Below, piece by piece: positions 10,064 through 23,200 of a DNA stretch of 64,000 bases. Source of the DNA: an uncultured bacterium (GTDB lineage Bacteria > Eisenbacteria > RBG-16-71-46 > CAIMUX01 > WJJG01); contig CAZRWW010000010.1 in the NCBI GenBank assembly GCA_964603725.1, positions 34,935 to 98,934 of the forward strand, in the 5' to 3' direction. Each line of letters opens with the position of its first letter. Position 1 is the stretch's first letter. A program made the position numbers and the translations under genes. Below the pieces are notes generated by a model, which saw nothing but the letters and a program-made list of their open reading frames with translations, did not search any database and was not told the origin of the DNA.

Positions 10064-11301
10064 TCCGCCACTGTTTCAAGCTGGCCTGGAACCGCCGCCG
10101 GGCGAATGGACTCATCTTGGTGGAGCTGATCGGCTCCTTCCTGGTCCTCTGCGGCGTGCTGGCCGCCGTAGTGTACAACCTCGACCAGTGGCGGCGGCCG
10201 ATGGGATTCGAGCACGACGATGTCTGGAGCCTGGCGATCGACTCGGGAACCTACTCGACCTTGAGTGACGAGGGCAAGCTGGCCGCGCACGAGCGGGCGA
10301 CTCGGCTGGCGCAAGAAGTGCGTGCCCGGCCGGAGATAGAGCACGTGAGCGCTTGCGGCTACAACGTGCCCTTCGCGCGCAGCACCGCCCAGACCCTCAA
10401 CTACATCCAGGGCGTGCGCGAGGAGGTGGAGGTGAGTGAGGTTGACCCGGAGCTCCAAGAGGTGCTGGATCTGGAAGTCGTGGCCGGCCGCTGGCTGGAG
10501 CCGGGCGAGGGCGATCTCAACTGGCGGCCGGTCGTGATCTCCCGGAACTACGCCGAGCTGCTCTTCGGGAACGACGACCCGATCGGGCAACCCCTCGTCG
10601 AGCGCGACGAGAAGGGCGCGATCGAACAGCCCGAGGAGGGACGCGGCGAGAAGCGCGTGGTGGGCGTCATCCAGAGCATGCGCCGCCGGGGATCCTGCGC
10701 GCCGGCGCCCCTCAGCGAGTTTCAAGTCCGTCCCAGTGTGGCCGGGGATCCCGGCCGAACCGAGCCCCCGGTCGCGCTCCTGCTCAAGCTCAGACCGGGC
10801 GTCACGGCGGCCTTCGAGGAGCGGCTGCTGCGCCTGGCCCACGACATCGCCCCCGATTGGAAGTTCGAGGTCATTGCGCTGGAGGACGCGCGCCGGGACC
10901 TGCTGCGCGACACGTGGCTCCCGGTGCTCATGGGCGGGTCGGTGGCCGGGTTCCTGGTGATCATGGTGGGGATGGGGCTGGTGGGCGTCCTGTGGCAGAC
11001 GGTCGCGCGCCGCACGCGCGAGCTCGGGCTGCGGCGGGCGTTGGGGGCGACCGCGACGGCCGTGCGCTGGCAGGTGCTCGGCGAGCTGCTGGCTCTGACC
11101 ACGGGGGCCGTGGTGGTCGGAGCCCTCATCTTCCTTCAGTTGCCGATCCTGCACGTCTTCAGTCAGGCCGGGTATCATATCTATCTGATAGCGCTTGCCA
11201 TCGGGGTGGCGGTGATCTATCCCTTCGTCGTGCTCTGCGGCCTCTACCCGAGCTGGCTGGCCACGCGCGTGCACCCTGTGCAAGCGCTGCAGCACGAGTA
11301 G
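10060..11301 (+). CDS. Second ABC transporter permease, FtsX/MacB-type
   Basis: Same architecture as the 8819 gene. ATGA overlap. The real start is MIRHCFKLAWNRR at 10060; the track ORF from 9601 is an artefact extension. Confidence 0.8.
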   Translation: MIRHCFKLAWNRRRANGLILVELIGSFLVLCGVLAAVVYNLDQWRRPMGFEHDDVWSLAIDSGTYSTLSDEGKLAAHERATRLAQEVRARPEIEHVSACGYNVPFARSTAQTLNYIQGVREEVEVSEVDPELQEVLDLEVVAGRWLEPGEGDLNWRPVVISRNYAELLFGNDDPIGQPLVERDEKGAIEQPEEGRGEKRVVGVIQSMRRRGSCAPAPLSEFQVRPSVAGDPGRTEPPVALLLKLRPGVTAAFEERLLRLAHDIAPDWKFEVIALEDARRDLLRDTWLPVLMGGSVAGFLVIMVGMGLVGVLWQTVARRTRELGLRRALGATATAVRWQVLGELLALTTGAVVVGALIFLQLPILHVFSQAGYHIYLIALAIGVAVIYPFVVLCGLYPSWLATRVHPVQALQHE

Positions 11302-11333
11302 GCCCCCGGGTCCCGCAGGTCGTGAGGGGATTG

Positions 11334-12722
11334 ATGTCGGGCGACGCCACGATCCTGATCATCGACGACGATGACTCCGTCACGGCGTCACTGAGCCTCT
11401 TGCTCAAGCAGGCGGGCTATCGCTCGGTGGCGGCGGCGGCCCCCGAGGACGCGGTCGCGCAGCTCGAGCGCCATCCGATCACCCTGGTGCTCCAGGACAT
11501 GAACTTCTCCCGGGCGACGACCGGTGAGGAAGGCCTGGCGCTGCTGCGGCGGATCAAGGCGCTGCGCCCCGAGTTGCCGGTCGTGCTCATCACCGCCTGG
11601 GGGTCGATCGAGCTGGCCGTGGCGGGGATGAAGGCCGGCGCCGCGGACTTCGTCACCAAGCCCTGGAACAACCAACACCTGCTGCAGGCGATCGAGACCG
11701 CCCTGGGGCTCGCAGCCACGCGCGCGGGGGCGGAGGCGGGCGGACGACCAACCCGGAGCGATCTCGATGAGCGCTACGACCTGGCCGACGTGATCGGCGA
11801 GGACCCGCGCTTCCTCGAGGTGCTGGAGCTGGCCTGCCGCGTGAGCGCGACGGACGCCTCGGTGCTCATTACCGGCGACAGCGGCACCGGCAAGGAGGTC
11901 GTCGCGGCGGCCATCCACCGCAACAGCCGGCGTCGCGATGGGCCGTTCGTCAAGGTGAACCTGAGCGCGATCCCCACGTCGCTCTTCGAGAGCGAGATGT
12001 TCGGGCATGTGCGCGGGGCCTTCACCGACGCAGTGCGTGATCGCGAGGGGCGTTTCGCGGCGGCGGACGGCGGCACGATTCTGCTCGACGAGATCGGCGA
12101 CCTCGATCTGCGCTCCCAGGTCAAGCTGTTGCGCGTGCTCCAGGATCGCACGTTCGAGATCCTCGGCTCGAGCCGCGCTCGGCGGATCGAGGTGCGCGTG
12201 ATCTCCTCGACCAACCGCGATTTGCAGGCGGCCGTCGCGCGCGGCGAGTTCCGCGAGGACCTCTTCTACCGCATCAACCTGATCTCGCTGCGCCTGCCGC
12301 CCCTGGCCGAGCGGCGCGGCGACATCGCGCTCCTCGCCCGGCGTTTCCTGGCGGCGTTGGCGGTCAAGCACGACCGGCCGCCGGCAACGCTGAGCGCCGG
12401 CGCGCTCGCCTGGCTGCAGCGGCGGGAGTGGCCGGGCAACGTCCGCCAGCTCATGCACCTGATCGAGCGGACGCTCCTGCTCAGCGCGACGGCGCAGCTC
12501 GAGGCGGGCGACTTTGAGCGGGTTGCCCGCATGGAAGGGCCCGAGACCGAGGAGGACGGCCTGCCCGCGGTCGGCGGCATGACCCTGACCGAGCTGGAGA
12601 GGGCGATGATCGTCAAGAGCCTGGCGTATCACGGCGGCAACCTGAGTCGGGTGGCCGAGTCGCTCGGCATGAGCCGGGCCGCGCTCTACCGCCGCCTCGA
12701 GAAGTACGGGATCAAGCCGTGA
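11334..12722 (+). CDS. Sigma-54-dependent response regulator (NtrC family)
   Basis: Receiver domain with DDDD..K. AAA+ sigma54-activation domain with GDSGTGKE, the GAFTGA-like loop GHVRGAFTDA, and ESEMFGH. C-terminal Fis-type HTH. Confidence 0.9.
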   Translation: MSGDATILIIDDDDSVTASLSLLLKQAGYRSVAAAAPEDAVAQLERHPITLVLQDMNFSRATTGEEGLALLRRIKALRPELPVVLITAWGSIELAVAGMKAGAADFVTKPWNNQHLLQAIETALGLAATRAGAEAGGRPTRSDLDERYDLADVIGEDPRFLEVLELACRVSATDASVLITGDSGTGKEVVAAAIHRNSRRRDGPFVKVNLSAIPTSLFESEMFGHVRGAFTDAVRDREGRFAAADGGTILLDEIGDLDLRSQVKLLRVLQDRTFEILGSSRARRIEVRVISSTNRDLQAAVARGEFREDLFYRINLISLRLPPLAERRGDIALLARRFLAALAVKHDRPPATLSAGALAWLQRREWPGNVRQLMHLIERTLLLSATAQLEAGDFERVARMEGPETEEDGLPAVGGMTLTELERAMIVKSLAYHGGNLSRVAESLGMSRAALYRRLEKYGIKP

Positions 12723-14071
12723 GCCTGAGCTTGCGCCGCCGGTTCTACCTCTACCTGATCGCGGTGCACCTACTGATCGCGGTCGTGGCCGGGCTGGTCC
12801 TGCGGACGACCACGGTCTGGCTGGTCGCGGCGGAGGGGATCTTCGGGCTGTCGCTGGTGATCGGCCTGCTGCTCGTGCGCTCGCTCTTTGCGCCCGTCGA
12901 CCTCATTCGCGCCGGCGCCGAGTTCATCCGCGAACAGGACTTTACCACACGCTTCACCGAGACCGGTCCGCCGGAGCTGGTCGATTTGATCCGGGTGTAC
13001 AACCGCATGATGGACCAGCTTCGCCAGGAACGCATTCACAACCGCGAGCAGGAGCATTTCGTGCGCGAGGTGCTCGCGAATTCGCCCCTGGGCGTGGTGA
13101 CCCTCGACCTCGACGGCCGCATCGCGTCGGCGAATCCCGGCTCCGAGCAGCTTCTGGGCCGGACGCGGGCCGAGCTGATCGGGCAAACGCTGGGAGAGGT
13201 GGGCACGCCCTTCGCCGCCCAGCTCGATCGGATCGGACCCGGCGAGACCCGGGTCCTGCGGCTGCAAGGGCGGCGGCGAGTGAAGTGCCAGAGACTGTCT
13301 TACCTGGAGCGAGGGTTTCACAGGCCCTTCTTGCTCCTGGAAGAGCTGACGGAGGAGCTGCATCGCAGCGAGAAGGCGGCGTACGGCAAACTCATCCGCA
13401 TGATGTCCCACGAGGTGAACAATACCGTGGGCGCGGTCAACTCGCTGCTGCAGTCCTGCCAGGGGTACCGGGGCCAGCTACGGGCGGCCGACGCGGAGGA
13501 CTACGGTCGCGCGCTCGAGGTTGCCATCGCACGCAACAACCGCATGAACGAGTTCATGCGGGGCTTCGCGGAGGTGGTGCGCCTGCCGGCCCCGCGGCGC
13601 GAGCCCTGCGACGTGACGGGGCTGCTGCGCGATGTGGCGCGGCTGCTGCACGCGCAGTGCGAGCGGCGGGGGATCGCCTGGCGGTGGGAGATCCTGGACG
13701 AGCCCGGTCGCATCGACATGGATCCGGCGCAGATGGAGCAGGCGTTCCTCAACATCGTTCAGAACGCGATCGAGGCGATCGCGCCGGTCACGGAGGCAGC
13801 GGCCACGGAGGCAGCACCCGCGGCGGCGAAGGGGGTCATCACCGTGCGGATCGCGCGGGAGCGCGGGCGCGTGTCGGTGGCAGTGCATGACACGGGGCCC
13901 GGCATTCGCCCCGAGGCGCGCGAGCACCTCTTCACGCCGTTCTTCACCACCAAGGCCGGCGGCCGGGGGATCGGGCTCACGCTGGTGCAGGAGATCCTGC
14001 TGGCGCATGGCTTCGAATTCGCCCTGCATGATGCGCCGGGGGGCGGGACGGAATTCGTCATCACCTTCTAG
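12719..14071 (+). CDS. Sensor histidine kinase (TM, HAMP, PAS, HisKA, HATPase)
   Basis: Two N-terminal TM helices. H-box MMSHEVNNTVGAV. G-boxes DTGPGI and GGRGIGL. GTGA overlap with the upstream regulator. Confidence 0.85.
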   Translation: MSLSLRRRFYLYLIAVHLLIAVVAGLVLRTTTVWLVAAEGIFGLSLVIGLLLVRSLFAPVDLIRAGAEFIREQDFTTRFTETGPPELVDLIRVYNRMMDQLRQERIHNREQEHFVREVLANSPLGVVTLDLDGRIASANPGSEQLLGRTRAELIGQTLGEVGTPFAAQLDRIGPGETRVLRLQGRRRVKCQRLSYLERGFHRPFLLLEELTEELHRSEKAAYGKLIRMMSHEVNNTVGAVNSLLQSCQGYRGQLRAADAEDYGRALEVAIARNNRMNEFMRGFAEVVRLPAPRREPCDVTGLLRDVARLLHAQCERRGIAWRWEILDEPGRIDMDPAQMEQAFLNIVQNAIEAIAPVTEAAATEAAPAAAKGVITVRIARERGRVSVAVHDTGPGIRPEAREHLFTPFFTTKAGGRGIGLTLVQEILLAHGFEFALHDAPGGGTEFVITF

Positions 14072-14271
14072 CGGGCGACACCGCGGAGACCGCGAGGAAG
14101 CAGCCGCGGGCGGCGGGCCGCAACGGCTTGCTCGATAACGGATTACGCCTGTCGACGCGGCCTCGGGTGTTCAGCTGGCCCCTCAAGCCTGCCAGGACGC
14201 GTGCCGATAAACGAACCAAGGCGCACGGGCAGCCAACGCTCTTCAGCAGCTAATGTTGCCGGCCAGTCCCG

Positions 14272-17200
14272 TTGGCGCATCCCCCTCTGGACGGGATGCG
14301 GACGGACCGATTTGTGCGCCGTTGCACCCAGGGGCACAGCACCGTGGCCAGGACACCTGTGGCAACAGCGCGTGGGCGCGCGGGCGCGTGGGTCGGCCTC
14401 TGCCTGGCGAGCGGGCTGCTGTCCCCGGGCCAGATCCGGGCCGCGGCGATCGCGCTCCTCCTGCTGGCTGTCCTCGGCCACCCGGCGCTGGCCGTCGACC
14501 GGGTCTGGGACGGCGAGGGGCTGACCACCGCCTGGTCTAACAACCTCAACTGGTCGGGCGACACCGTGCCGGGCGCGGCCGACGTCGCCATCTTCGACGC
14601 GACGAGCTCCAAGGACGCGGTCATCACCGCCAACATCAACGTGGCCGGCGTCTCCATCCGCGCCGGCTACGGCGGCACGATCACGCAGAACGCGGGCCGG
14701 TCCATCACGGTCGGAGCAGCAGGTTTCGATCAGGCCGCCGGGACCTTCGCCGGCGGCACGAGCACGATCGACATCAACGGGCCGTGGACGCTCTCGGGCG
14801 GCAGCTTCACCGCGACCAGCGGCACGCTGGCGGTCAGCGGCAACCTCACCGTGAGCGGCGGGAGCTTCTCGCCCGGCGCCGGCACCGCGCAGTTCGACGG
14901 CACCCAGACGATCGCTGCCGACGGCGTGGTCTTCAACAAGGTCACCATCACCTCGGCCAGCACCCACACGATCACCCCGGGCACCACGATCACGGCCGCG
15001 GGCACGCTCACGCTGAGCAACGGCTACATCTCCGGCGGAACCCTGGCGGCGCAGGCGGCGATTTCCCAGGTTTCAGGCTTTGACGGCGGGACCGGCACCC
15101 TGCTCATCAACGGCGCCGGGGACCAGACCTTCACGGGCGCCAGCACCACCACGACCGGAACCCTGCCCGACGTCGTGATCGACAAGCCCGGGGGCGTCCT
15201 CACCCTGGCGGGGACAATCCGCACGACCAACGACTGGACCTACGTCGGGGGCGCACTGGATCCCGGCACCAGCCTGCTCGTCTTCGGCGGCACGCTGGCC
15301 GTCAGCGGCTCGCACACGCTCAAGCTGGTCCAGATCCGCGGCGCCACCACCGTGGCCGCGGGCACGACGCTCACGGTCGACAGCACGCTGACCATGCCCT
15401 CGGCGGTCGCCTTTGCCGTGAACGGCGGCGTCATCGTCAACCGCACCCTCACCCTGACGGACGGCTCGATCGCCGGCAGCGGCGCCGTGGAGGCGCGGGC
15501 CGATATCGCCCACGCCGCCACCTTTGACGGGGGCCTGGGGACCCTGCTCATCAACGGCCCGGGCGACCAGCTCTTCACGAGCGCGAGCACGACGACGACC
15601 GGCGACTTGCCGCATATCCGGATCGACAAACCGGGCGGCACGCTCAGCCTGGCGGGAACGCTGCGCCTCGTGACCGCCGACTGGACCTATATGGCCGGCA
15701 ACCTGGCGACGGCCGGCAGCGCCCTCGTCTTCGAGGGAACGGTGAACATCAGCGGCTCGCATGCTCTGGATCTGGTGACATTCCGGGGAACGGGGGCGAA
15801 GACCCTGGCGGCCGGCACGAACCTCACCGTGACCGGGGACCTGACCTTGACGGACGGCTCGATCGCCGGGGAGGGTGAAGTGGCGGCGCAGGCGAACATC
15901 GCCCAGGCCGCCGCCTTCGATGGCGGCGACGGGACGCTGCGTATCTGTGGCGCCGGTGATCAAACGCTCACCGGGGCGTGCACGGCCACGACGGGCGCCC
16001 TGCCCGATGTCGTGATCGACAAGCCCGGGGGCACCCTCACCCTGGCGGGGACGATCCGCACCATCAACGACTGGAGCTATCTCGCGGGGACGCTGGATGC
16101 CGGCGCCAGCACGATAGTCTTCGGCGGCACGCTGGCGGTGACCGGCTCGCACGAGCTGACCCTGGTCGAGATCCGGGGCGCCGCCACGGTGGCCGCGGGC
16201 ACAACGCTGACCGTCAAGAACACGCTCACCATGCCCTCCGCGGTGGCCTTCACCGTGGACGGCAGCGTCATCGCCACCAGCACGCTCATCCTGACCGACG
16301 GTTCGATCGCCGGCGTCGGCGCCGTGGAGGCGCGGGCCGACATCACCCACGCCGCCACCTTCGACGGCGGCCTGGGGACGCTGCTCATCAACGGCACGGG
16401 CGACCAGACCTTCACGAGCGCGAGCACCACCACAACCGGCGACTTGCCGCACATCCGGATCGACAAGCCGGCGGGCACGCTCAGCTTGGTGGGGACGCTG
16501 CGCATCGTTGCCGCCGACTGGACCTACGTGGCCGGAGGTCTGGCGCCGGGCGCCAGCCGCGTCATCTTCGACGGCACGGTCAACATCAGCGGATCGCAGA
16601 CCTTGAACCTGGTGACGTTACAGGGGATCGGCGCGAAGACCCTGGGCCCGGGAACGATCCTCACCGTGCCGAACACGCTGACCCTGACCGGTGGCTCGAT
16701 TGACGGAGAGGGCGAAGTCCGCGCCCAGGCGGGCATCACCCAGGCCGCCGCCTTCGACGGGGGCGCCGGCACGTTGCGCATCTGCGGCGCCGGCGACCAA
16801 ACCCTCACGGGCGCCAGCACGAGCACGACCGGATCGCTCTGCGACCTGGTGATCGAGAAGCCATCCGGCACGCTCACCCTGGCGGGGACGATCCGCACGA
16901 CCAACGACTGGACCTACAGCGCCGGCGCGGTGGCCTTGGGGACGTCGGCGGTGATCTTCGCCGGGAACGCGGTCGTCACCGGAACGCAGACGCTGCGGGC
17001 GGTGCAGGTCCGCGGCGATGTGACCGTCCCGGCGGGCACGACGCTCACGGTGAACAACGGCCTGACGGTGAACACGGCCGGCGCGTTGACGGTCGATGGG
17101 GTGGCGATCTCGACCAGCACCCTCACCCTGACGAACGGCGCGATCAACGGCCCCGGCCGGGTCGAGGCCCGCGCCAACATCACCCAGTCCGCCGATTTCG

Positions 17201-20200
17201 ACGGTGGCGCGGGGACCCTGCGAATCAACGGCACCGGCGATCAAACCTTCACCGGCAGCGCCACCCTCACTGAGGGGAGCCTGCCGGTTGTCGAAATCGC
17301 CAAGCCATCCAACACCCTCACACTGGCAGGCACGATTCGCGTGCAGGGATCCGCCTGGCGGCGCCTGTCGGGGACCGTCGCGTCCGGAACAAGCAGGCTT
17401 GTGCTGTCAAGCGGCGCGACAGTATCCGGATCCCATCAGCTGTACAACCTCGACCTCGAGGGCGACGGGGTCAAGACCGTCGAGGCGGGGACGACGCTGA
17501 CCGCGACGCGAACCCTGACCCTCGGCGGCGGAACCATCGATGGCGGCGCGCTGGTGGCCACCGGCGACGTGGTCCAGCTCCCGGCCTTTCTCGGGGGCAC
17601 GACCCTCCTCACCATCTCAGGCGCCGCGGCGCAGACCTTGACCGGGGGCGGCAGTCTGACCGAGGGCTCGTTGCCGTCCCTCACGATTCTCAAGACCGGC
17701 GGCGCACTGACCCTGAGCGGGATCATCCGCACCGAGCGCGACTGGACCTATGGCTCGGGCGCGGTGAACGCCGACACCAGCCTGGTCGTTCTGGGAGGGA
17801 CCGTCAATCTCGCAGCCGCCGGCATGGCCTTCAACGACCTGCGCCTGGATGCAACGGCGGTGACGCTCGCCACGGCGCTCGACGTCGACGACGACTTCGC
17901 CCTGTGCGACGGGGTGTTGGTCACGGCCGGGAATGCCGTGATGATCGGCGGGGACTGGTCCCAGACGGGCGGCACGCTCGTCCCGGGCGCCGCGGCCGTC
18001 ACCTTCAACGGCGGTCTCGATGCCGAGATCGCCTCGGCCGGTCTCGGGGCGGGGGCTCGATTCTCCGATCTGATCATCCAGAAGTCGGGTGGGGCCGCCG
18101 TCAGAGCGCTCGACGACCTCTGCGTGGGCGGGGACCTGCGCCTGACGACCGGGCGGCTCGACGGGGCGGACCGCAGGATCGTCCTGGCGGGAGACTGGCT
18201 CAACGATGCCGGGCCGAGCGCGTTCGCGGCCGGGACGGGCGCGGTCGAGCTGAACGGCGGGGGCCAGCTGATTGGCGGCGCGCACCCGACGACGTTTCAC
18301 GCCCTCGCGCTCGGCGGCAGCGGCGCCAAGAGCGCCGCGCGGGATCTTGCCGTCGTCGATCTGACCCTGGACCAGGACTTGCTCATTGCGCCCCACCTGC
18401 TGCGCATTTCCGGCGAGACGGCCGGCTCCGCCGACGTGGTCGGCACGGTCCGCCGGACCGTCAGCGGCGACGGCCCGTTCAGCCTCGGCAGTGCCCACAC
18501 GACGATCACGTTTGACGGTGTGGGGACGAACCCCGACTCGCTCGATGTGACCTTGACGCGCGGTGTCCCCCCGGTCGGTCTGCCCGATGCGGTCCGGCGC
18601 TACTACGATATCGCCGCTGCCGGCGGCGAGGGCTGGACGGCGACGCTGCGGCTGCATTACCGTCCCGACGAGCTGAACGGCAATGCCGAGGACGGCCTGG
18701 CGGTCTGGAGGCTGGCCGGAGTCTGGGAGCGCCTCGGCCGATCGGGACACCACTACGACCAGAACTGGATCGAGCGCTCGGGCGTCGCCCAATTCTCACG
18801 CTGGGCGCTGGCCTGCGGCTATCCGGATCACTTCGAGATCGATCCCATTCCCAGCCCGCAGACGGCCGGCGTGCCCTTCCCGCTCACCGTGACGGCCGTC
18901 GACTCATCCGGCGTCCGGCTGGCGGAGTACACGGGCGACCTGTCCCTCGCCACGACGGCCGGCAGCATCACTCCGGCGATGATCACGATGACCGCCGCGG
19001 ACAGCGGGCGCATCTCGCACTCGGTGCGGGTCACCGAGGCGGGCGCCGACCAGATCATCCGCGCCGACGACGGCGAGGGGCACCTGGGGCAGAGCAATCC
19101 CTTCACGGTCGCGCCGAGTCCGCTCAGACACTTCTCGATCCGCCCCATCGCCAGCCCACAGACCGCCGGCGTCCCGTTCGGGGTCACGATCGCGGCCCTG
19201 GACTCCTTCGCGAACCGGATCACCACATTCGTGGGTACCCTGACCTTGACGGCATCGGCCGGCGGCGTCAGCGGCGGGCGCATCGACATGACAGCGGCCG
19301 ACAGCGGGCTCGTCACCCGGCAGATCATGGTGGGGCGAGCCGAGCACGACCTCGTGCTGACCGCCAGCGACGGCCACGGTCACGCCGGCGTCACCAATGC
19401 CTTCACGGTTCTGCCGGCGATCACCAGGCGCTTCGCGATCAGATCAATCCCCAGCCCGCAGACGGCTGGCGAGTTCTTCGATCTGGAGATCACAGCGGAG
19501 GATGCTTACGGCAACGTCACGCCCGACTTCACCGGCGGCGTGGATCTCGCCACGAGCGCGGGATCGATCACGCCCAGGCGGGTGATCTTCAGCGTCACCG
19601 ACTGGGGCCGACACATCGAACCCGCCTGCGTGACCCTGGCCGGGCTCGGTCACACGGTCAGCGCCTCCGACACGAGCGGCCATCGCGGCACAAGCCGGCC
19701 GTTCGATGTCGCCGGCGCCCCACTTCATCACTATGACCTGGCCCCGATCGACAGCCCACAGACGGCCGGCGTCCCGTTCGAGATCGCCATCCGGGCGCTC
19801 GACCGCTTCGGGAACCTCTCGCCGGAAATCCCGGGGACGCTCGCCCTGGCCACCACGGCCGGGACGATCATCCCCGCGACCGCGAGGTTCAGCGCAGCCG
19901 ACAGCGGCCGGCATCGCGAAGGCGTCACGGTCACGGCGGCCGGCACCGGGCGCACGATCGAGCTCGTCGACAGCCTCGGGCGGGCGGCGACGAGCAACGC
20001 CTTCGACGTCCAGGCTGGCGGCGTGACACGGTTCGCCGTGAGGGCGATCCCGAGTCCGCAGACGGCGGGCGTGGCCTTCGACATCGCCCTGGAGGCGCTC
20101 GACGCCCAGGGCAATCTCGCCGTCGGCTTCGCCGGCGAGGTCGCGCTGGCGACCACGGCGGGGACGATCACGCCCGCCGCGGTAGTCTTCGCCCCGTCCG

Positions 20201-23200
20201 ATCGCGGCACGCGCGCGCTGTCCGTTCAGGTCACCCAGGCCGGAATGGGGCACGTCATCGCGGCGACGGACGCTGCTGGTCACAGCGGAGTGAGTGGACC
20301 CTTCAGCGTCACGCCCGGCGTTCTGGCGCGCTTCGCGCTCGCCGATGTGGCTAGCCCGCAGGTCGCCGGCGCGGCCTTCGATCTCGTGCTCACGGCCGAG
20401 GATTCCTGGGGCAACCGCGTGACGTCGTTTGCGGGCGATGTGGCCCTGGTCACCACCGCCGGGACCATCACCCCGGCGCTCGCTACCTTCGCCGGCGCCG
20501 ACAGCGGGCGGCACAGCGCGGCGGTCTGGGTGACCCTGGCGGCCGATGGGCGGACGATCACCGCCAGCGACGGCGCCGGGCACTCGGGCGCGAGCGCGCC
20601 CTTCACGGTGACGGCCGGTCCGCCCGCTCGTCTCGCCTTCGTCCAACAGCCGGGGAACGGCCGCAGCGGCGCGCCGCTGAGCCCACAGCCGGTGGTCGCG
20701 CTCGAGGATCTCTTCGGCAACCGCACCAGCCAGGTGGTCGCTATCGTGACGATGGCCCTGGCCGGCGGGGCCGCGGGTCTGCCCGGCGGCACGGCCACCG
20801 TGGTCACCGAAGACGGTGTGGCCGCCTTCCGTGACTTGCAGATCGATCGCGCGGGCGCGGGGCAGAGGTTGATCGCCAGCTCGCCCGACCTCGCGCCGGT
20901 TCTGAGCGCCGAGTTCGACGTCGAACCGGGTCCGGCCGCCAGGCTCATCTTCCTTGTACAACCCGGCGCCGGTGAGGGCGGCAGCGCGCTCGATCCCCAG
21001 CCTGTCCTCGCCGTGCACGATGCGGCGGGCAACCTGGCGGCCACCAGCACGGCCGTGATCCGTCTGGCCCTGGCGGACCCGCCGGTGCCGGCCGTCCTGT
21101 CGGGCTCGAGCAGCCGCGCCGCGAACGCCGGGGTGGCCGCCTTCGAGGACCTGAGCATCGACAGGTCCGCTTCCGGATACCGGCTCATGGCATCCTCCGA
21201 GGGACTCGTGGAGGCGGTGAGCGAGCCTTTCACGGTGCGCGTGGGGCCGGAAGTTGCGCTGGTGTTCATCACCCAGCCGGGACCGGCGATCAGCGAACAG
21301 CCCCTCGCGCCGCAGCCCGTGGTCGAGATCCGCGACGCGGGAGGCAACCGCGCCACCGTCACGGTCGCCGTGACGGTGTCACTGGGTGACCATCCCGCGG
21401 GCGCGACCCTGGAAGGATGCACGGTCGTGACCGCGACCGACGGGGTGGCGGCCTTCCCCGGCCTCATCATCGCGCGGGCCGCAGAAGGTTATACGCTGCG
21501 GGCGGCCTCGCCCGGGCTGATGCCGGCGCTCAGCGCGTCCTTCGGCGTCGCCGCCGGCCCACCGGTCGAGTTGGTCTACATTGAGCAGCCCAGTCATGGC
21601 TTCGGCGGTGAGCCGCTGGAGCGTCAACCCGCCATCGGCATCGCCGACGAAGCGGGCAACCCGACGGCCGCTGATGGCGTGGAGGTCAGGCTCGGCCTGG
21701 AGGGCGGCGACCGGGCTGGACGGCTGCTGGGCGCAAGCGCAGCGCGTTCGCGCGTGGGGCTGGTTCGCTTTCACGGCCTGCGCATCGACCGAAAGGGTCG
21801 CGGGTATGTGCTGGCGGCGCGATCGGACGGCCTGCGCGAGACCGCGAGTGCGCCGTTCGAGATCATCCCCGGGCGGCCAGCGGCGATCACGGCGTTCGGA
21901 GGCGAGGATCAGCGCGGGACAGCGGGGCTGCCGCTGGCCGAGCCCCTGCTCGCGCGCCTGGCCGATGCCGGCGACAATCCGCTGGCCGGCGTTCGGGTCA
22001 GGTTCGCGGTGACCTCATCCCCACGCTGGTCGAGCGGGCAGGGACTGAGCGACCCGCTCGTGGCCACCGACTCCGCCGGTGTGGCCGCGGTCCGGCTCAC
22101 GCTCGGGAGCCACGCCGGCGCCTATCAGGTGACGGCCACATCCCCCGACCTGCCCGGCCACGCGGTGGTCTTCTCGGCGAGCGCCCGTGAGCCGGACGGC
22201 ACCGGCGCGGTCACCATCGTGCCCATGGAGGTCTTCGCCGGCGCCGACGTGGACATCGCCTTCACGCTCCAGGCCGACGAGCGCGCCACCAACACGGAGG
22301 TGGCGATCGAATGGCCGATCGCATGGCGCTGGTCGGGTCGAGCCGCGGACCTCGAGCTGAGCGGCGACGGGTTCCTGGGCGCGCAGAGCTCCGTCTCCGG
22401 GAGCGGATCGGCGCACGATCCGTTCGTCCTGACCGTGACCCGCGCGCGCGTGGCGCCGCGGCGATTGGGGACTCTGACGGTGCGCGCCACGACGGCGCCC
22501 GAGGAGACCCGTGGCTTCGACTTCCGGGTCTCGACCGCCTCGCATTCGGGCTGTCTGACGCCGCTGGCGCACCAGCCCTCAGTCCAGGTGGGCCCACTCG
22601 TCGCGGGCGACGCCACCCTGGATGGGTTGGTGGACCTGCTCGATCTGCTGTCGCTGAGCGATTTCATCCAGGGACGGGGCGGCGACCTGGGCACGGCGCA
22701 GCGGCGCGCGGCGGACGTCTTCCCCGCGCATGCGGCCGCGCCGCGCGCGGGGCCGCCCGACGGGCGGCTGGAGCGCGCCGACATCGAGCTGCTCGAGCGC
22801 GCGATCCTGAACCAGGTCTGGGACGATGGGCTGGCGCTCGGCCGCGGCGGAGCACCGGCTCCGCCCGGCGTGAGCGGCGAAGCGATGCGAGCGGGCGGCG
22901 AAGCGATGCGAGCGGGCGGCGAAGCGATGCCAGCGGGCGGCGGCGACTTCTCGGCGGCCGGCGGGGATCTCACCCTGATCGCCGAGGCGGCCGCCGGCGG
23001 CGCGACCGCCCTGCGCATGACCAACGGGGTGCCCGTGCGCGGCATCCAGATCGATCTGCGGCCGCAAGCGGGTGGGCCGCTGGAGCTGCGCTGTCGCGGC
23101 TTCGATCGCGTCGACGGCTTCCGCCTGGTGTCCGCGATCGCTCATGGAGAGCATCGCATCCTGCTGTGGAGCCCCGGTGACGCCCTGATCGCGTCCGGGG

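Noticed and set aside
14072-14271. Expected sigma54 (-24 GG / -12 GC) promoter upstream of the giant adhesin
   Set aside because: TGGC..TTGC-like strings were looked for by eye, for example around CTGGCCCCTCAAGCCTGCC. Their spacing does not fit GG-N10-GC, so no promoter is asserted.
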